A stretch of DNA of 64,000 bases from an uncultured Thermococci archaeon (GCA_964549615.1 CAZJVP010000072.1:1-64000), one strand, 5' to 3'; positions 18,500-29,976 are shown, numbered from the stretch's first letter. Notes: generated by a model not told the origin, from the letters alone. Numbers and translations are program-made.

Positions 18500-19771
18500 C
18501 TATGTCCTTTCCTTGACAGGCTCCTCAAACGAATGGACCGCCAGCAGCTTGATGCGGGGCTTGCCGACAGCCCCTCTGATGATCAGCCGCACGGCCTCCA
18601 CTTCCGTCTCCTCGATCGCCAGGATCCTCTTGTGCCCCACGACGGATCCCTGGGCCAGATCCCTCCATCCGCCTGCCAGGCCCTGGACGACGAAATCGCT
18701 GATCCGTTCGCCCTTGGAGATGTCCTCCTGGATCACAATGTGATCGATGGGCGATGACCTGGGGAGTTGGAGATCCACCTTCCCTCCTTCACCGCTTGTC
18801 TGGGCAATGCTATGCCCAAGCAGCTTGCGTATCTCCCTTCCCAACTGCCTTAGACGAAGGACATCAGTCTCATGGAAAAGCCCGCGCGTATCGGGAGGGA
18901 TGTTGAGCAGGAGATTGGAGTTTCGCCCCACTGAGGCGCAATATATCTCAATCAGTTCCTTGAGGGTCTTGACCTTGCCGTCCTGGCTCTCGTGATAGAA
19001 CCACCCCGGCCTGATGGAGACATCGCATTCGGCGGGCCACCAGACCGACCTGCCGCGCTGCCAGAGGATCTGGTACCTCCTCACCGGTGAGTCGTCCCCA
19101 GCGGGGACTTCCTGTGTGCTGGCCTCATCTTCCCGAGCTATCCCGCTCTCGTTCCCGACCCACCTGATGTCCGGGCCGCATATTGCGATCAGAGCTTCGG
19201 GCTGGAGTCTCCTGACCAGCTCGTAGTATGCGGCCCAGTCGTATTGCTGCTTCTTTCCGTTCGGGCCTTCGCCACAGGCGCCGTCAAACCAGACCTCGGA
19301 TATGGTTCCGTATCCCGTGAGGAGTTCCCGGAGCTGTCGCAGGAAGTATCTGTTGTAGTGCCGGGTGCCGTATGTCCTTTCGTGTCGATCCCAGGGGGAT
19401 AGGTAGATGCCAAACCTCAGCCCTCCTCTTCGGCAGGCCTCGGAAACCTCCCTCACCACATCCCCTTTGCCCCCCTTCCATCGGCTGCTCTTGACGGAAT
19501 GCTCCGTGTACCTGCTCGGCCAGAGGCAGAAGCCATCATGGTGCTTGGCCGTGAGCACGAGCATCCCCATTCCCGCCGCTTTGCATGCCTCCACCCACTG
19601 GTCGGCGTTCAGCTCCGCAGGGTCAAAGATTGCCGGGTCCTCCGTGCCGTCCCCCCATTCCTTATCCGTGAAGGTATTCATGCCGAAATGGACGAAGCCG
19701 GCCATCTCCATGTCCTGCCAGATTGCCTGTTGTCGCGTTGGCCTCGCATATCCAGCTCTCTTCAAGTCCAC
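18500..19771 (-). CDS. Alpha-L-fucosidase, GH29
   Basis: FVHFGMNTF..EWG, TAKHHDGFCLWPS, YLSPWD, WFDGA, RWVGNE and ECDVSIRPGWFYH motifs. Start uncertain. Confidence 0.95.
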   Translation of the reverse strand: MDLKRAGYARPTRQQAIWQDMEMAGFVHFGMNTFTDKEWGDGTEDPAIFDPAELNADQWVEACKAAGMGMLVLTAKHHDGFCLWPSRYTEHSVKSSRWKGGKGDVVREVSEACRRGGLRFGIYLSPWDRHERTYGTRHYNRYFLRQLRELLTGYGTISEVWFDGACGEGPNGKKQQYDWAAYYELVRRLQPEALIAICGPDIRWVGNESGIAREDEASTQEVPAGDDSPVRRYQILWQRGRSVWWPAECDVSIRPGWFYHESQDGKVKTLKELIEIYCASVGRNSNLLLNIPPDTRGLFHETDVLRLRQLGREIRKLLGHSIAQTSGEGGKVDLQLPRSSPIDHIVIQEDISKGERISDFVVQGLAGGWRDLAQGSVVGHKRILAIEETEVEAVRLIIRGAVGKPRIKLLAVHSFEEPVKERT

Positions 19772-20053
19772 TTCCCACTGCCCTCTGCGGGCGGTCAGCT
19801 CCTGGACCCTAAATTTCTTCTCCCAAGGCTGGAGTGCCCATGAGGCGACCACAAACCGGCTTGATCGTTTCTTCTCGCAGGCAAGCCTCCCTGACATATC
19901 TTCATCCCGGCCGGTGCTGACGGTCGACGGTCCCGAGGCGTCTTGCACTCTATCAATGAAGCGGGCTTGCACGAGGGTCATGACCGGCAATGTCCAGAGG
20001 CTGGGAACCAGCTCACGATGCATATTTGACGTGAGCCCTTTCTCGCACCTTGC

Positions 20054-22147
20054 GTGTCAAGTCCCACTTGTGGCTTGCCAAGTCATAAGGATGAGAACCT
20101 CGCATTTGGCAAGCTGTTCACCCTGTCCGACGGAACCGGCCCGTGGTTGCGCTTGCCACGCCTGAAGGAATGGAAGGCGCTATCCATCACCCACCTCTGG
20201 TCATCCATACTGGTGGAAAGCGGGCTAGGCCCCCAGGTGTTTGGGTACAGGAACGAGAGAGTCAGAAGCTCGGTTGAGGAGTTCAGGTCCGACATCGCGA
20301 CGGCGAAGGCGTTTGTCGATACTCTTCACCGCAACGGCATCCGCGTCTGGGGCTACCTGGCAGGCACCTACTTCTGGGGAGACCCAAGGCAGAGGGACTT
20401 CTTCCTCAACTTCTACGACAAACACTGGGACGAGTACAAGGAGGTGCTCGGCCTGGGTCCCAAGCCATCGGACCCCATGGGGTGGGTCCAGATCGGCCCC
20501 GATGGCAAACCCTTCTTCATGCACTATCAATACGGCGATGTCCTCATGCCCCACATGGCGGTCTCGCCCTACAGCCCCGAGTGGCGCGAATACGACAAGG
20601 CGGTGCTTCGCTTCCTGATCAAGGAGCTCGATATCGACGGCATCGAGGTGGACGAGGTCTACGTGGGCCACGCCCCTGCCGCGAATCCCCTCGGCACGGT
20701 CAGCTTCGATCGCCACACGCTTGAACGATTCAGGGCGTTCCTCAAGGAAAACTTCACGGTTGCTCAGCTCAAGGACGTGCTTGGACTTGGGAGCTTGGAT
20801 CAGGTCAACCCCACGGACTCGATGGGCCTTGCCAAGCAGCTCAGTGCAAACGGCCCACTCAAGTTCGTCTGGAACGACTTCCAAGCAAGGACGGTCGCCG
20901 ATTTCCTCTCCGAACTTAGAGACTGCGCCCACCGTCTGAAGGAGGGCTTCGAGGTTGCCACCAACAACTACGCGGGCAACGGCAACATCTACTTCCAGTT
21001 TCAAAGGCTCGGCATCAACCCGGAGGCGACGATCGAGGCCACTGACTACCTCCGCTCCGAGATGATCCATCAGACGTTTCCCCGCCTCCTCCACGGCAAG
21101 AAACAGAGCAACAGCCCACTGTTCAAGTACCTCAGAAGCGTCGCCGGGGACAAACCGGTCGTCATCATCAACAACCGAGGGAGCATAGATTGCTCCGACC
21201 TGCCCCTCGTGTACAGGGCCATGGTCGCAGAGGCTACGGCGAACGGCGTCACCTTGGCCGTGGAATACGGTGCAGACCAATTCCTGTCGGATTACTTCAC
21301 CTTCCTCAGGCAACATCAGGATCTCCTTGTCGGCTCAAGGCCCGTCGGCCGCGTAGCGGTCCTGTGCTCGATGCGTCAGGCCTACGCCGACAGATACACG
21401 CTGGCCCTGACCGTCTCGCGGATCTTGAGCGATCATCACATCCTTCACAGGATCATCCTGGACAGGGACCTCAAACGCAAAGCGCTCACCGATTATTCCG
21501 TTCTCATCCTGCCCTACGTACCACTCATGACGGACCGGGAGATCAGCGATGTGACGGGATTCGTCAGAGGCGGTGGCCGGCTGGTCATCATCGGCAGGAC
21601 CGCCCACCTCAAAGAGCTAGGCATGAGGAGAGAGAAACCAGGATTCGGCGAGATGCTTGGTACCGAGTGGCCTGAGACAAAGAGGGAGGTTGAGTACCAC
21701 AAGGGCAGGGCCCTCTACATCCCATGCAACGAGATGCCCTACTTCCAGATCGACCCGAGCTTGGACCCATCGACCACATTCCTCGAGTTGGTGGACGGAA
21801 TCCCCTCGGCTGTCCGCGGACCCAACAGCAGTCTCTTGGACGGGGACCTTGAGGGACCAAGCACGGTAGAGTACAGCCTGATGCGCCTTCGGGATGGGAG
21901 GCTGGTGGTCCACATGGTGAACTACGGGATCGGCGGCGGGAAACTGACCCCTGTGGATGACATGGAAGTCAGGGTCGCGACGGGAGGCAAAACGCCCAAG
22001 AAGGCAACCCTCCTTTCGCCCGATACGCCAGGGGAGAGGGAACTGGAGGCAATCACGGAGAAACAGAACGGCGAGATCTATGTCCGGCTCAAGATCCCCA
22101 AGATACAGATCTACGCCTTGATTGCTGTCCAGTGGCGGCCTGCCTAA
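20054..22147 (+). CDS. Putative glycoside hydrolase: TIM barrel plus beta-galactosidase trimerisation (GATase-like) domain
   Basis: FVDTLHRNGIRVWGY, DIDGIEVDE, YSVLILP..FVRGGGRLVIIG and VVHMVNY motifs. Confidence 0.7.
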   Translation: MSSPTCGLPSHKDENLAFGKLFTLSDGTGPWLRLPRLKEWKALSITHLWSSILVESGLGPQVFGYRNERVRSSVEEFRSDIATAKAFVDTLHRNGIRVWGYLAGTYFWGDPRQRDFFLNFYDKHWDEYKEVLGLGPKPSDPMGWVQIGPDGKPFFMHYQYGDVLMPHMAVSPYSPEWREYDKAVLRFLIKELDIDGIEVDEVYVGHAPAANPLGTVSFDRHTLERFRAFLKENFTVAQLKDVLGLGSLDQVNPTDSMGLAKQLSANGPLKFVWNDFQARTVADFLSELRDCAHRLKEGFEVATNNYAGNGNIYFQFQRLGINPEATIEATDYLRSEMIHQTFPRLLHGKKQSNSPLFKYLRSVAGDKPVVIINNRGSIDCSDLPLVYRAMVAEATANGVTLAVEYGADQFLSDYFTFLRQHQDLLVGSRPVGRVAVLCSMRQAYADRYTLALTVSRILSDHHILHRIILDRDLKRKALTDYSVLILPYVPLMTDREISDVTGFVRGGGRLVIIGRTAHLKELGMRREKPGFGEMLGTEWPETKREVEYHKGRALYIPCNEMPYFQIDPSLDPSTTFLELVDGIPSAVRGPNSSLLDGDLEGPSTVEYSLMRLRDGRLVVHMVNYGIGGGKLTPVDDMEVRVATGGKTPKKATLLSPDTPGERELEAITEKQNGEIYVRLKIPKIQIYALIAVQWRPA

Positions 22148-22384
22148 TGGATGCGCAATGAATCGGTCACTCAGCTGCCATTTTGTTTTCTGGTCCATCC
22201 GCCTGGCGTGAGGTCCGCAATGGACAGATTCGAGGAACGGCAGCAGGTTTGACGGTCCCGGTAGAGGAGACCGAAACTCTCCCCGGGATCTGAGGATGCT
22301 ACATCCCCGCCACTCGGCTGAGGATACCGGGGGATTTAATAGCCGATGCCACGATCGCGAACCGAGCTTCCAAGGCGATATCCC

Positions 22385-23071
22385 ATGGAGGAGAAAAGAG
22401 GAATGCCCATGCTCGGGGACCAGTTCCCGAAGATGAGCGTAGTGACGACCCATGGACCCATGGATCTGCCCGACGCCTTCTCCGGCAAGTGGTTTGTGCT
22501 GTTCAGCCATCCGGCCGACTTCACGCCGGTCTGCACCACTGAGTTCGTTGCGTTCCAGAAGAGGTACGACAAGTTCAGGGCCTTGAACTGCGAGCTTGTG
22601 GGCCTGAGCGTCGACCAGGTCTTTGCCCACATCAAGTGGGAGGAATGGATCAAGGAGAAACTCGGGGTCGAGATAGAGTTCCCAATAATCGCTGACACGG
22701 GCAAGGTGGCGCAGATCCTAGGGCTCATACACCCCGGGAAAGGAACGAACACGGTTAGGGCCGTGTTCGTCGTGGACGACAAAGCGATCATCAGGACCAT
22801 CCTGTACTACCCCCAGGAACTCGGCAGAAACATGGACGAGATCCTGCGGGTAGTCGAGGCCATACAGATCTCCGACAGGAATAACGTGGCCATGCCCGCA
22901 AATTGGCCCAACAACGAGATCGTCGGCGACCACGTCATCATCCCCCCTGCCCGGGACATAGCTACCGCGAAGGAGCGGCTAAAGAAGGCCAAGGCCGGAG
23001 AGTTCGAGTGCTTCGATTGGTGGCTGTGCCACAAGAAGCTGACGCCGCGGAAAAGCCAGCCCAAGGCCTAG
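22385..23071 (+). CDS. Peroxiredoxin (archaeal Prx6 type)
   Basis: [29 protein letters not shown] and C-terminal CFDWWLC. Confidence 0.96.
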   Translation: MEEKRGMPMLGDQFPKMSVVTTHGPMDLPDAFSGKWFVLFSHPADFTPVCTTEFVAFQKRYDKFRALNCELVGLSVDQVFAHIKWEEWIKEKLGVEIEFPIIADTGKVAQILGLIHPGKGTNTVRAVFVVDDKAIIRTILYYPQELGRNMDEILRVVEAIQISDRNNVAMPANWPNNEIVGDHVIIPPARDIATAKERLKKAKAGEFECFDWWLCHKKLTPRKSQPKA

Positions 23072-23488
23072 AATCGTCGGTCAACAGCCGGTTCCGCTTC
23101 TCGATGCATGAACGGCTGGTTCGCCGTGATGGTCGGCCCATAGGACGACCCACCACGGAAAAGGGTCGGAAGACCCTTTGGACGGACAGCACGTCTCGGC
23201 CCAGAGGCCAAGACGATGATCACGCAACGAACCAAAACGACGTAGCGACCCGAATGCCCTCGGGAGGGTCAGGAGAAAGCACCCGGGACTGGCGATGAGG
23301 ACCTCGATGCGGCCAAGTCTAATGCCAAGGCGAGCCGAACCGTGGACCCCCACGGTCCTCTCTGACGGAGGAGGCACACATAGAGCGACGACCCATTAGC
23401 TCGGCAAAGGTTGAGAGATTTAAGCCGAAACTGGACTGCTTGCCGTGAATTGGCTACGGGAACGGAAAGACCGACGCATTCATCACGT

Positions 23489-24718
23489 ATGGAACTCCCG
23501 AAGCGTCGCCTTCGGCACCTCCTTGGATCCGGATTCCTTGTGCTCATCCTGGCCGCCACATGCACGGCCCGTCAGGCTAGGAGAGACCCCGAGAACTGGA
23601 AGATCCGGGTCAAATACATCGGCGACTGTCTGGCGGTGCAGACGCCCACATGGGGACTGAGGCAGGACCCCCTAATATCGCTTCACCTCATTCCATCCTC
23701 CATACAGGAGCTTGCAGTGGACCTGGCGGGAATCCGGCGGTACATGCGGCTTTACATGCCGAGGACGCTGAGCGATCTGGTGCAGCACACCGATGTCACG
23801 ATGCTGAGCAACACCGCGGCCGATTACTTCACCCAGGACTGGCTACAATGGATAGCACGGGCAACCGATGAAGAAGGCCTGGGACTGATCATGGTTGGCG
23901 GGCTGTGTTCCTTCGGCGGGTACGCGGGTTACGGCTATCCGGACTGGGCAGGGACGCAAGTCGGCCGGATGCTTCCAGTGGACAGCATCGTCGTGAACGG
24001 GGTGGCAAATCGCAACTTCGCCTTCAGGCTGTCCCCGGCGGTGCCTGAGGACCCGCTCCTCTCGGCCTTTGACTGGAGCAGGGGGCCGTTCTTCTTCTCG
24101 ATCAATACGGTCGGCATGAAGCCGGGCGCCAGGATGCTGGCGACATCAGACCCTGAGGACAGGCCCCTGCTTGCCTATCAGGAGGTCGGAGGGGGGTCAT
24201 CCCTAGCCTTCATGTCGACCTGGGGCAGCCCTTGGGGGAGCGAGTTCGTCAAGTGGGAATACTTCTTGGACTTTTCGGCTGACATGATCTACTACTCGGC
24301 TGGGCTTGAGATACCCGATCCTGCCGTCGTCCACGAGATCAGGATCCAGTTCCAGAAGATCCAGCTCGCCGAGGAGCTGGTCCGGTCGGTCCTGGACTTC
24401 GTGGACAGGCTTGGCGGAAGGGTCACGGCAGTCCAACGATCACTTGACGAGTTGACCGCCGAGAAGGCGAAGGCCGAGAAGCTGTACGTAGATCAGGACT
24501 ACGGTGGCTGCCGGATGAGCCTTTCGGAAATGCTTGCGCGGACGAGTGGGCTTTCCGACCAGGCGCTCAGAGCCAAGAACGCAGCGTTCATCTGGATCTA
24601 CGTGACCGAATGGTCGGCGGTCGCGGCTACCTTCTTCCTTTCGGGTTACGTTCTCTACTCGACGATGATCCGCAGAAGTCTTTACAGACAGGCCATGTCA
24701 ACCAGGACATCGTCGTAG
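23489..24718 (+). CDS. Surface-anchored GATase1-like-domain protein (paralog A of 3)
   Basis: Signal peptide, RRYMRLYMPRT, GLGLIMVGGLCSFGG, helical stalk, and tail WIYVTEW-TM-MIRRSLYR. Confidence 0.82.
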   Translation: MELPKRRLRHLLGSGFLVLILAATCTARQARRDPENWKIRVKYIGDCLAVQTPTWGLRQDPLISLHLIPSSIQELAVDLAGIRRYMRLYMPRTLSDLVQHTDVTMLSNTAADYFTQDWLQWIARATDEEGLGLIMVGGLCSFGGYAGYGYPDWAGTQVGRMLPVDSIVVNGVANRNFAFRLSPAVPEDPLLSAFDWSRGPFFFSINTVGMKPGARMLATSDPEDRPLLAYQEVGGGSSLAFMSTWGSPWGSEFVKWEYFLDFSADMIYYSAGLEIPDPAVVHEIRIQFQKIQLAEELVRSVLDFVDRLGGRVTAVQRSLDELTAEKAKAEKLYVDQDYGGCRMSLSEMLARTSGLSDQALRAKNAAFIWIYVTEWSAVAATFFLSGYVLYSTMIRRSLYRQAMSTRTSS

Positions 24719-24884
24719 CGCGTGGCTGGGGGAATGCGTTCTGCAGAGCGCCGGAACCTGGGGACTTCACGAACTCGGCCATGCGCCGAGATCCAGCGGC
24801 CTTCACCAGCTGCCCAGTCATCCACGCCGCAGCACTATTAAGCCTCCGCCTGACTGCCCGGCAGATGTTTCGGAGGAGAGCGGG

Positions 24885-26699
24885 ATGGCTTCAGTGGGCG
24901 GCCGACTTGGCCCATCTTGGGAAACGGTGAAGCGCTGGAACATCCTAGTCGCTAGGGATGCCTTGCCAAGTGAAGCGCACGCAGCTTCGGAACTACGTGC
25001 TTTCCTTGAACGAGCCGGGGCAGAGCAGATGGCGATCGTCAACGACGCCGACCATGGGGACCCTCGCATATTCATCGGGCCGGGCGCAGCCGCCCGGGCG
25101 GATGGACTGGCCGTCAATACCGAGGGATTTGGCCCAGAGGATCTACGCGTCGTAGTCAGCAGAGACGGCATTGCTATAGCCGGCGGGCGGCCTCGCGGCA
25201 CCCTCTACGGCGTCTACACCTTTCTGGAAGATGTGGTCGGGGTCCGCTTCCTAACGCCGGATCACACCCACGTGCCCTGCCTTGGCGACGAGGACTGCTT
25301 GCCACTGATGGACAAGACTTACCGTCCCCCCTTCCGCTTCAGGTGGAGCTACTTCGGCGAGATCGCAGAGGACCATGCCTTTGCGACGAGGATGCGCACC
25401 AACACGGTTCAGAGCGAGGATCATCTGGGAGGGAGGACGCCCATAAACCTCGTGAGCCACACGTTCGGCAGCTTAATGCCCTGGGCCAAGTACGGGGCCG
25501 AGCATCCGGAGTACTACAACGAGACCGATGGCAAACGGCCTAAGGATATCTGGAACGATCAGTACGACCCCGGCGTCCAACTCTGCACGACAAACCCGGA
25601 CGTGGTGCGAATCGTCACGGATGCGGTGCTGCAGGATCTAGCCTCAAACCCGGGAGTTGCCAACGTCTCGGTATCCCAGAATGACAACAGCCGAAGGTGC
25701 GAGTGCGAACGGTGCCGGGCAGTGGATGAGCAGGAGGGCTCCCCCATGGGTTCGCTCCTCACGCTGGTGAACGCCGTGGCGGATGCGGTCGCCAAGAAGT
25801 ATCCTGGCGTTATGGTCGGCACCCTTGCATACGACTACACTAGGAAGCCTCCGGCCACGATCAGGCCTAGGCCAAATGTGCAGATCCAGCTCTGCAGCAT
25901 CGAGTGTTGCCAGACGCATCCCATCGATGACCCCAACTGCCCAAAGAACCAGGCTTTCTGCGAGGATCTGAAAGGCTGGTCGAGGATATGCCAAAACCTC
26001 TACGTTTGGACCTACGTGACGAACTTCCATAACTACCTCATCCCGTGCCCCAATCTCCGGGCCCTGGGCCGCAACGTCAGGTTCTTCCACGCAAGGGGTG
26101 TCAAGGGGCTCTTCATGCAGGGACCCGCGGCCGGCGCCGAGCTCGGCGGTCTGCGAAACTACATCATCAGCAACATGATATGGGATCCGAGCAAGGATGA
26201 TAAGGCGCTGATGGACGAGTTCCTGAGGCTCCACTACGGCAGGGCGGCCCGGTTCATCAAGCAGTACATAGACATGGTCCACGACGCCGCGGAGAGATGG
26301 GGCCAGCATCGTAACTGTTTTGGCTCAGCGGCCGAGCACGGCCTGAGCGCCGAGCTGGGGCGGGAGGGCCTGGAGATCTTCGCCAGAGCCATGGCAGCGG
26401 CCGAGTCCGATGAGATCCGCAAACGGGTCGAGAAAGCCTCCATCGCCTGCCATGCGCTCATCGTCGAACCGCTTGCGGCTCCCGCGTTCCAGAAGATCAG
26501 AAGCCGCAAGAAGACCCGAGACAAGACGCCCTTCATCTTGGATCCGACCCTTGCCCGAGAGCTCCGTCCCCATCTGGCTCGATTCCTCGATCTGTGCAGA
26601 CGGCACGGTGTGCTCCGGATGGGAGAATGGGCGAGCATCGAAGAAGTGGCCGATGCGCTCAGGGAGGGGTGCGGAATGCAAGCCGGCGAGCCCTTCTAG
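24885..26699 (+). CDS. DUF4838-type glycoside-hydrolase-like protein
   Basis: IAGGRPRGTLYGVYTFLE..GVRF, HPEYY, QLCTTNPDV, VSQND..CEC and TLAY motifs. Confidence 0.85.
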   Translation: MASVGGRLGPSWETVKRWNILVARDALPSEAHAASELRAFLERAGAEQMAIVNDADHGDPRIFIGPGAAARADGLAVNTEGFGPEDLRVVVSRDGIAIAGGRPRGTLYGVYTFLEDVVGVRFLTPDHTHVPCLGDEDCLPLMDKTYRPPFRFRWSYFGEIAEDHAFATRMRTNTVQSEDHLGGRTPINLVSHTFGSLMPWAKYGAEHPEYYNETDGKRPKDIWNDQYDPGVQLCTTNPDVVRIVTDAVLQDLASNPGVANVSVSQNDNSRRCECERCRAVDEQEGSPMGSLLTLVNAVADAVAKKYPGVMVGTLAYDYTRKPPATIRPRPNVQIQLCSIECCQTHPIDDPNCPKNQAFCEDLKGWSRICQNLYVWTYVTNFHNYLIPCPNLRALGRNVRFFHARGVKGLFMQGPAAGAELGGLRNYIISNMIWDPSKDDKALMDEFLRLHYGRAARFIKQYIDMVHDAAERWGQHRNCFGSAAEHGLSAELGREGLEIFARAMAAAESDEIRKRVEKASIACHALIVEPLAAPAFQKIRSRKKTRDKTPFILDPTLARELRPHLARFLDLCRRHGVLRMGEWASIEEVADALREGCGMQAGEPF

Positions 26700-27040
26700 G
26701 AGGCTTAGAGGCCTTTCACTCCCCAAAGAGCCACAGCGGGCAAGCCCCAGACATGTCCTCAAGATAGTCTCCCGCATCCTGCTCGTCCGATCTCCCGGCC
26801 TGCGCCGATGCCTGCAGCGGGGTGGCAACTGGCCAGGCATGTGTACGCCGATGTGACTGTCGGGCGAAACCCATGAGACCAAAACGCCGATGACTTGACG
26901 ATCCTAAGGAACGCTAGATCTGCCCTGGGAGCGATCGGAACTTTCAGACCGGTCAGCAGCTGTTCTCGTCCCGACGCCCAGTGCGGTCGTTGGCTCCTTC
27001 GGTCCATCTGGAGGCCAAAAACGCGGGTTGAAGTGTACCC

Positions 27041-28993
27041 CTAGCAACCTCCCAAGATCGGCTTTGCTGGTCCGTGGCCGGGGCGTTCGATAGGGAGATC
27101 CTCCGTCATCGCAAGAAGCTCCGGCACGTCGAACTCCCTGAGCAGCCCGAAGCAGAACAGTGGCACCGCGCTTTCGTATTCGACGGGAAGCTCGATGAGC
27201 CGTTTGAGCGAATCGTAGAGCCCGTCGAGGTAAAGGTTGCTGAGAATCCCGGGATTAAGGGCAGCAGCGCAAAGCGATGCAAAGGAGACGATCGGCCCTG
27301 CGCTGCCCAGGCCGACCCTTCCGTCCCTGGCGCTCGATGCAGCCCACTCCAGCAGGGCAAGGATCTGGCCCGTCAGGACCCCGAGAGGCCTCTCGCCCAC
27401 GGTCCCCAAGAGCATCTGGTACTGCGCAGGATATCGGCACTCCCCCGTCCCGAAAACGTCTGCCGCAACAACCGTCCTTCCCTGCGCGATATGCGACGCA
27501 CAGAGTTGAACGAGGCCACCGCGTCCCGCATCGGAAAGTAGGACCTGCACGTGCCCCGGGGCTTGGCATTCCAGACCCACCTGCCCCGCCCGGGCCTCGG
27601 TTTTCGTCTCACCCTTTGCCAAGAGGACGGTCACGGGCAATGTCCACTCGTCGTCCATGTGCAGAAGGTGGTGGGCGGACTGCTCATCCCGTTGAACGAC
27701 CTCGTCCCTGACCGAGTAGCGGTGGAGACGGATGACTTTCTCAAGTCTAGCTCGGGACCGCTGCAACCACGCTTCTCGCTTGGGCCCAAGACCTCTCGGA
27801 ACGCTCAGACGCGGCAGCCCCATCGCGGCCTCTTTTGCTAGGGAGATGAGGGTCGCGTTGTCCTCCGGCAATCCGACCCGCAGCTGCGATTCGCTCAACA
27901 GCTCATCCTCATAGGGTAGATCACGCTCGGGGCTCTGCAGCCCGAAGTGTCGGTTCAGAAAACGGTAGAGCTGGGCCCGGTTGTCCGCCTCGTAGTTGTG
28001 GGTGCCCGGGTCCACGTTCACGTAGAACTCGATGTTGTCCGGAACCCCCAGAAGGTCGTAGAGGGGCTTGACCGGCTCGTAAATGCTGACCTTGGTCCGC
28101 TCCGGACGGAAACAGCAATCATCCTTCTCGTTGTAGATGAGGAGGGCCGGCCGCGGGGCGAAAAGAGCCGTCAGGAGGTCGTAGTCCGCGACCGTGCAAA
28201 GGTCGACCGGGGCCTGCTCCAGATCTCCGATGTCGGCGGTGCACGATGGGCGTTGCCAGATCGGTGAATGGCCAGCGACGGGCACAACCACCCTCACCCT
28301 TTCGTCCAGAGCGCTGAGGACGGCCGTCTGCCAACCCCCGCCTGAGAGCCCGGTCATGGCGACCCTCCTTGAATCGCAGTTTGGATGCGAGAGTAGGACA
28401 TCCAACCCCCGCTTCATGGCCAGGTAGAAGACCGCGACCCCTGCCTTGCCGCACAGATCAAGGTGGGCTATCCGCCCGTGGTTGATGTTCATCGACAGCT
28501 CGCCCATTCCGATGAACTCGGTGCTCAGGGCCAACATTCCCCTCTTTGCTAGGTTGATGCACCGGGCCTGCTTGTACGGCATGGCCTTGCCGCCGATGTG
28601 ATGGCCATTTGGATTGAGCACCGCTGGCACCCGGCCCTTGATGCCATCGGGCTCGTAAAGCAGCGCGGGAATCCACATGCCTGGGAAGCCCTCATACATG
28701 AGCTTCCGTATCCGGTATCCTTTCCCTGTCTTGATGACTCCCCGCCACCGGACTCTCGGCTTCTCATCCAAAAGCCGCTTCGGATGGCCCCTCAGGTAAA
28801 TCTCTCGAATGGCCGTCCTTCGGGTATGCGACGCCAGCCGGGCCCACTGCCGCTTTTCCTCAGGACATCTGAATCGGCTCACCTTCGAGAGAATGAAGCG
28901 GTGGAGCTCACAGCTCTTGGGATCCTCCGGGTCGCGCCGGGGAAGAAGCTGCCGTCGCAGTGCCTCTTGCAGGCTGTCTAGCGGTCCTGTCAT
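27041..28993 (-). CDS. Alpha/beta hydrolase, acetylxylan esterase-like, with a degenerate second hydrolase domain
   Basis: PAVLNPNGH, TGLSGGGWQT, DLEQ, APRP..DDCCF and THNY motifs. Confidence 0.85.
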   Translation of the reverse strand: MTGPLDSLQEALRRQLLPRRDPEDPKSCELHRFILSKVSRFRCPEEKRQWARLASHTRRTAIREIYLRGHPKRLLDEKPRVRWRGVIKTGKGYRIRKLMYEGFPGMWIPALLYEPDGIKGRVPAVLNPNGHHIGGKAMPYKQARCINLAKRGMLALSTEFIGMGELSMNINHGRIAHLDLCGKAGVAVFYLAMKRGLDVLLSHPNCDSRRVAMTGLSGGGWQTAVLSALDERVRVVVPVAGHSPIWQRPSCTADIGDLEQAPVDLCTVADYDLLTALFAPRPALLIYNEKDDCCFRPERTKVSIYEPVKPLYDLLGVPDNIEFYVNVDPGTHNYEADNRAQLYRFLNRHFGLQSPERDLPYEDELLSESQLRVGLPEDNATLISLAKEAAMGLPRLSVPRGLGPKREAWLQRSRARLEKVIRLHRYSVRDEVVQRDEQSAHHLLHMDDEWTLPVTVLLAKGETKTEARAGQVGLECQAPGHVQVLLSDAGRGGLVQLCASHIAQGRTVVAADVFGTGECRYPAQYQMLLGTVGERPLGVLTGQILALLEWAASSARDGRVGLGSAGPIVSFASLCAAALNPGILSNLYLDGLYDSLKRLIELPVEYESAVPLFCFGLLREFDVPELLAMTEDLPIERPGHGPAKPILGGC

Positions 28994-29103
28994 TGCCTAC
29001 ACCTCCGTCCACGGATCACAACGCGCGGACCTGTGCAAGGCTCGCCGGTGAAAAAAGCTTTGGTCGCCTGCCGGCTCATTGTTGGCCGCAGCCTCTATCC
29101 GTC

Positions 29104-29976
29104 TTAGGACCGGGCAACGTGCGAGGACTGATGCTCGGGGCCAGAGGAGATGCCTGCCTTGACTTGGGATACAACGCCGGGCTGCGCAGAAACCACGATC
29201 GTGCAATTGATGTCCTGGAAGGTTATGTTGATGTCAAGGCCGCAGTGCTTGGCCCTGTCCCTCATGACCAACGAGTAGAGTTCCTTGTACTCCTCGGGGT
29301 CTATCTTGTCCCGGAAGATGGCCTTGTGGATCACATCCAAGTGCGCGAGGGGATGCATCACCAATTCAGCGCGTCTGTCGTCGGCCTGCAACACCGTGCA
29401 CTTCGACCCCCTGAGGTTCGCCTCCATAACTGCAGTGTAGAGCGCGAACTGCGGCGGGCCCTCGATGAGAGGCATCCATGCGTCCATCGCGACCTTGAAC
29501 GCGGCGCCGTCCAGAAAGAACCGCTGAGCGTACTCCTTCCCTCCGATCCTTTTGAGCTCCTTGTAGATCTTAGAAATCATGCGGACCTCTAGCTCCGAGC
29601 ATATCCAGCATCTCTGTCCCTCATCCAGCTTGAGTATCTGGCCGTATGGCATGCTGGGAACGGAGTGGAGCGGTATGAAGATCGTCTCCAGGTGGGAGAT
29701 CCTCCATTGACCCTTGCTGCGGACGAGCGTGAAGATGAACCTTTCGCGGTCCTCCGTGAGATAGGTCACCGCCTTGGCCCTTCCGTCTTTGAGGACCTTT
29801 ATCCTGTGGACCTCCATGGGAAAGGAACGGCCCGAGTATGCCTTCTGCAGCACCTGGTAGAACGCGAGTATGACCGACGAGAAGGGGCCCTTGGATATCA
29901 GCTCATTCGCAGCGTTCTGGTCGCCGGTTTCGATCCCGAGCTTGAACTTCTCAAGGACGGATGCTATTTCCTCCAA
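29104..29976 (-). CDS. Hypothetical protein, possibly with an NTF2-like N-terminal domain
   Basis: 290-aa ORF with native codon style. The FTLVRSKGQWRISH strand is typical of NTF2-like folds. Confidence 0.65.
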   Translation of the reverse strand: MEEIASVLEKFKLGIETGDQNAANELISKGPFSSVILAFYQVLQKAYSGRSFPMEVHRIKVLKDGRAKAVTYLTEDRERFIFTLVRSKGQWRISHLETIFIPLHSVPSMPYGQILKLDEGQRCWICSELEVRMISKIYKELKRIGGKEYAQRFFLDGAAFKVAMDAWMPLIEGPPQFALYTAVMEANLRGSKCTVLQADDRRAELVMHPLAHLDVIHKAIFRDKIDPEEYKELYSLVMRDRAKHCGLDINITFQDINCTIVVSAQPGVVSQVKAGISSGPEHQSSHVARS

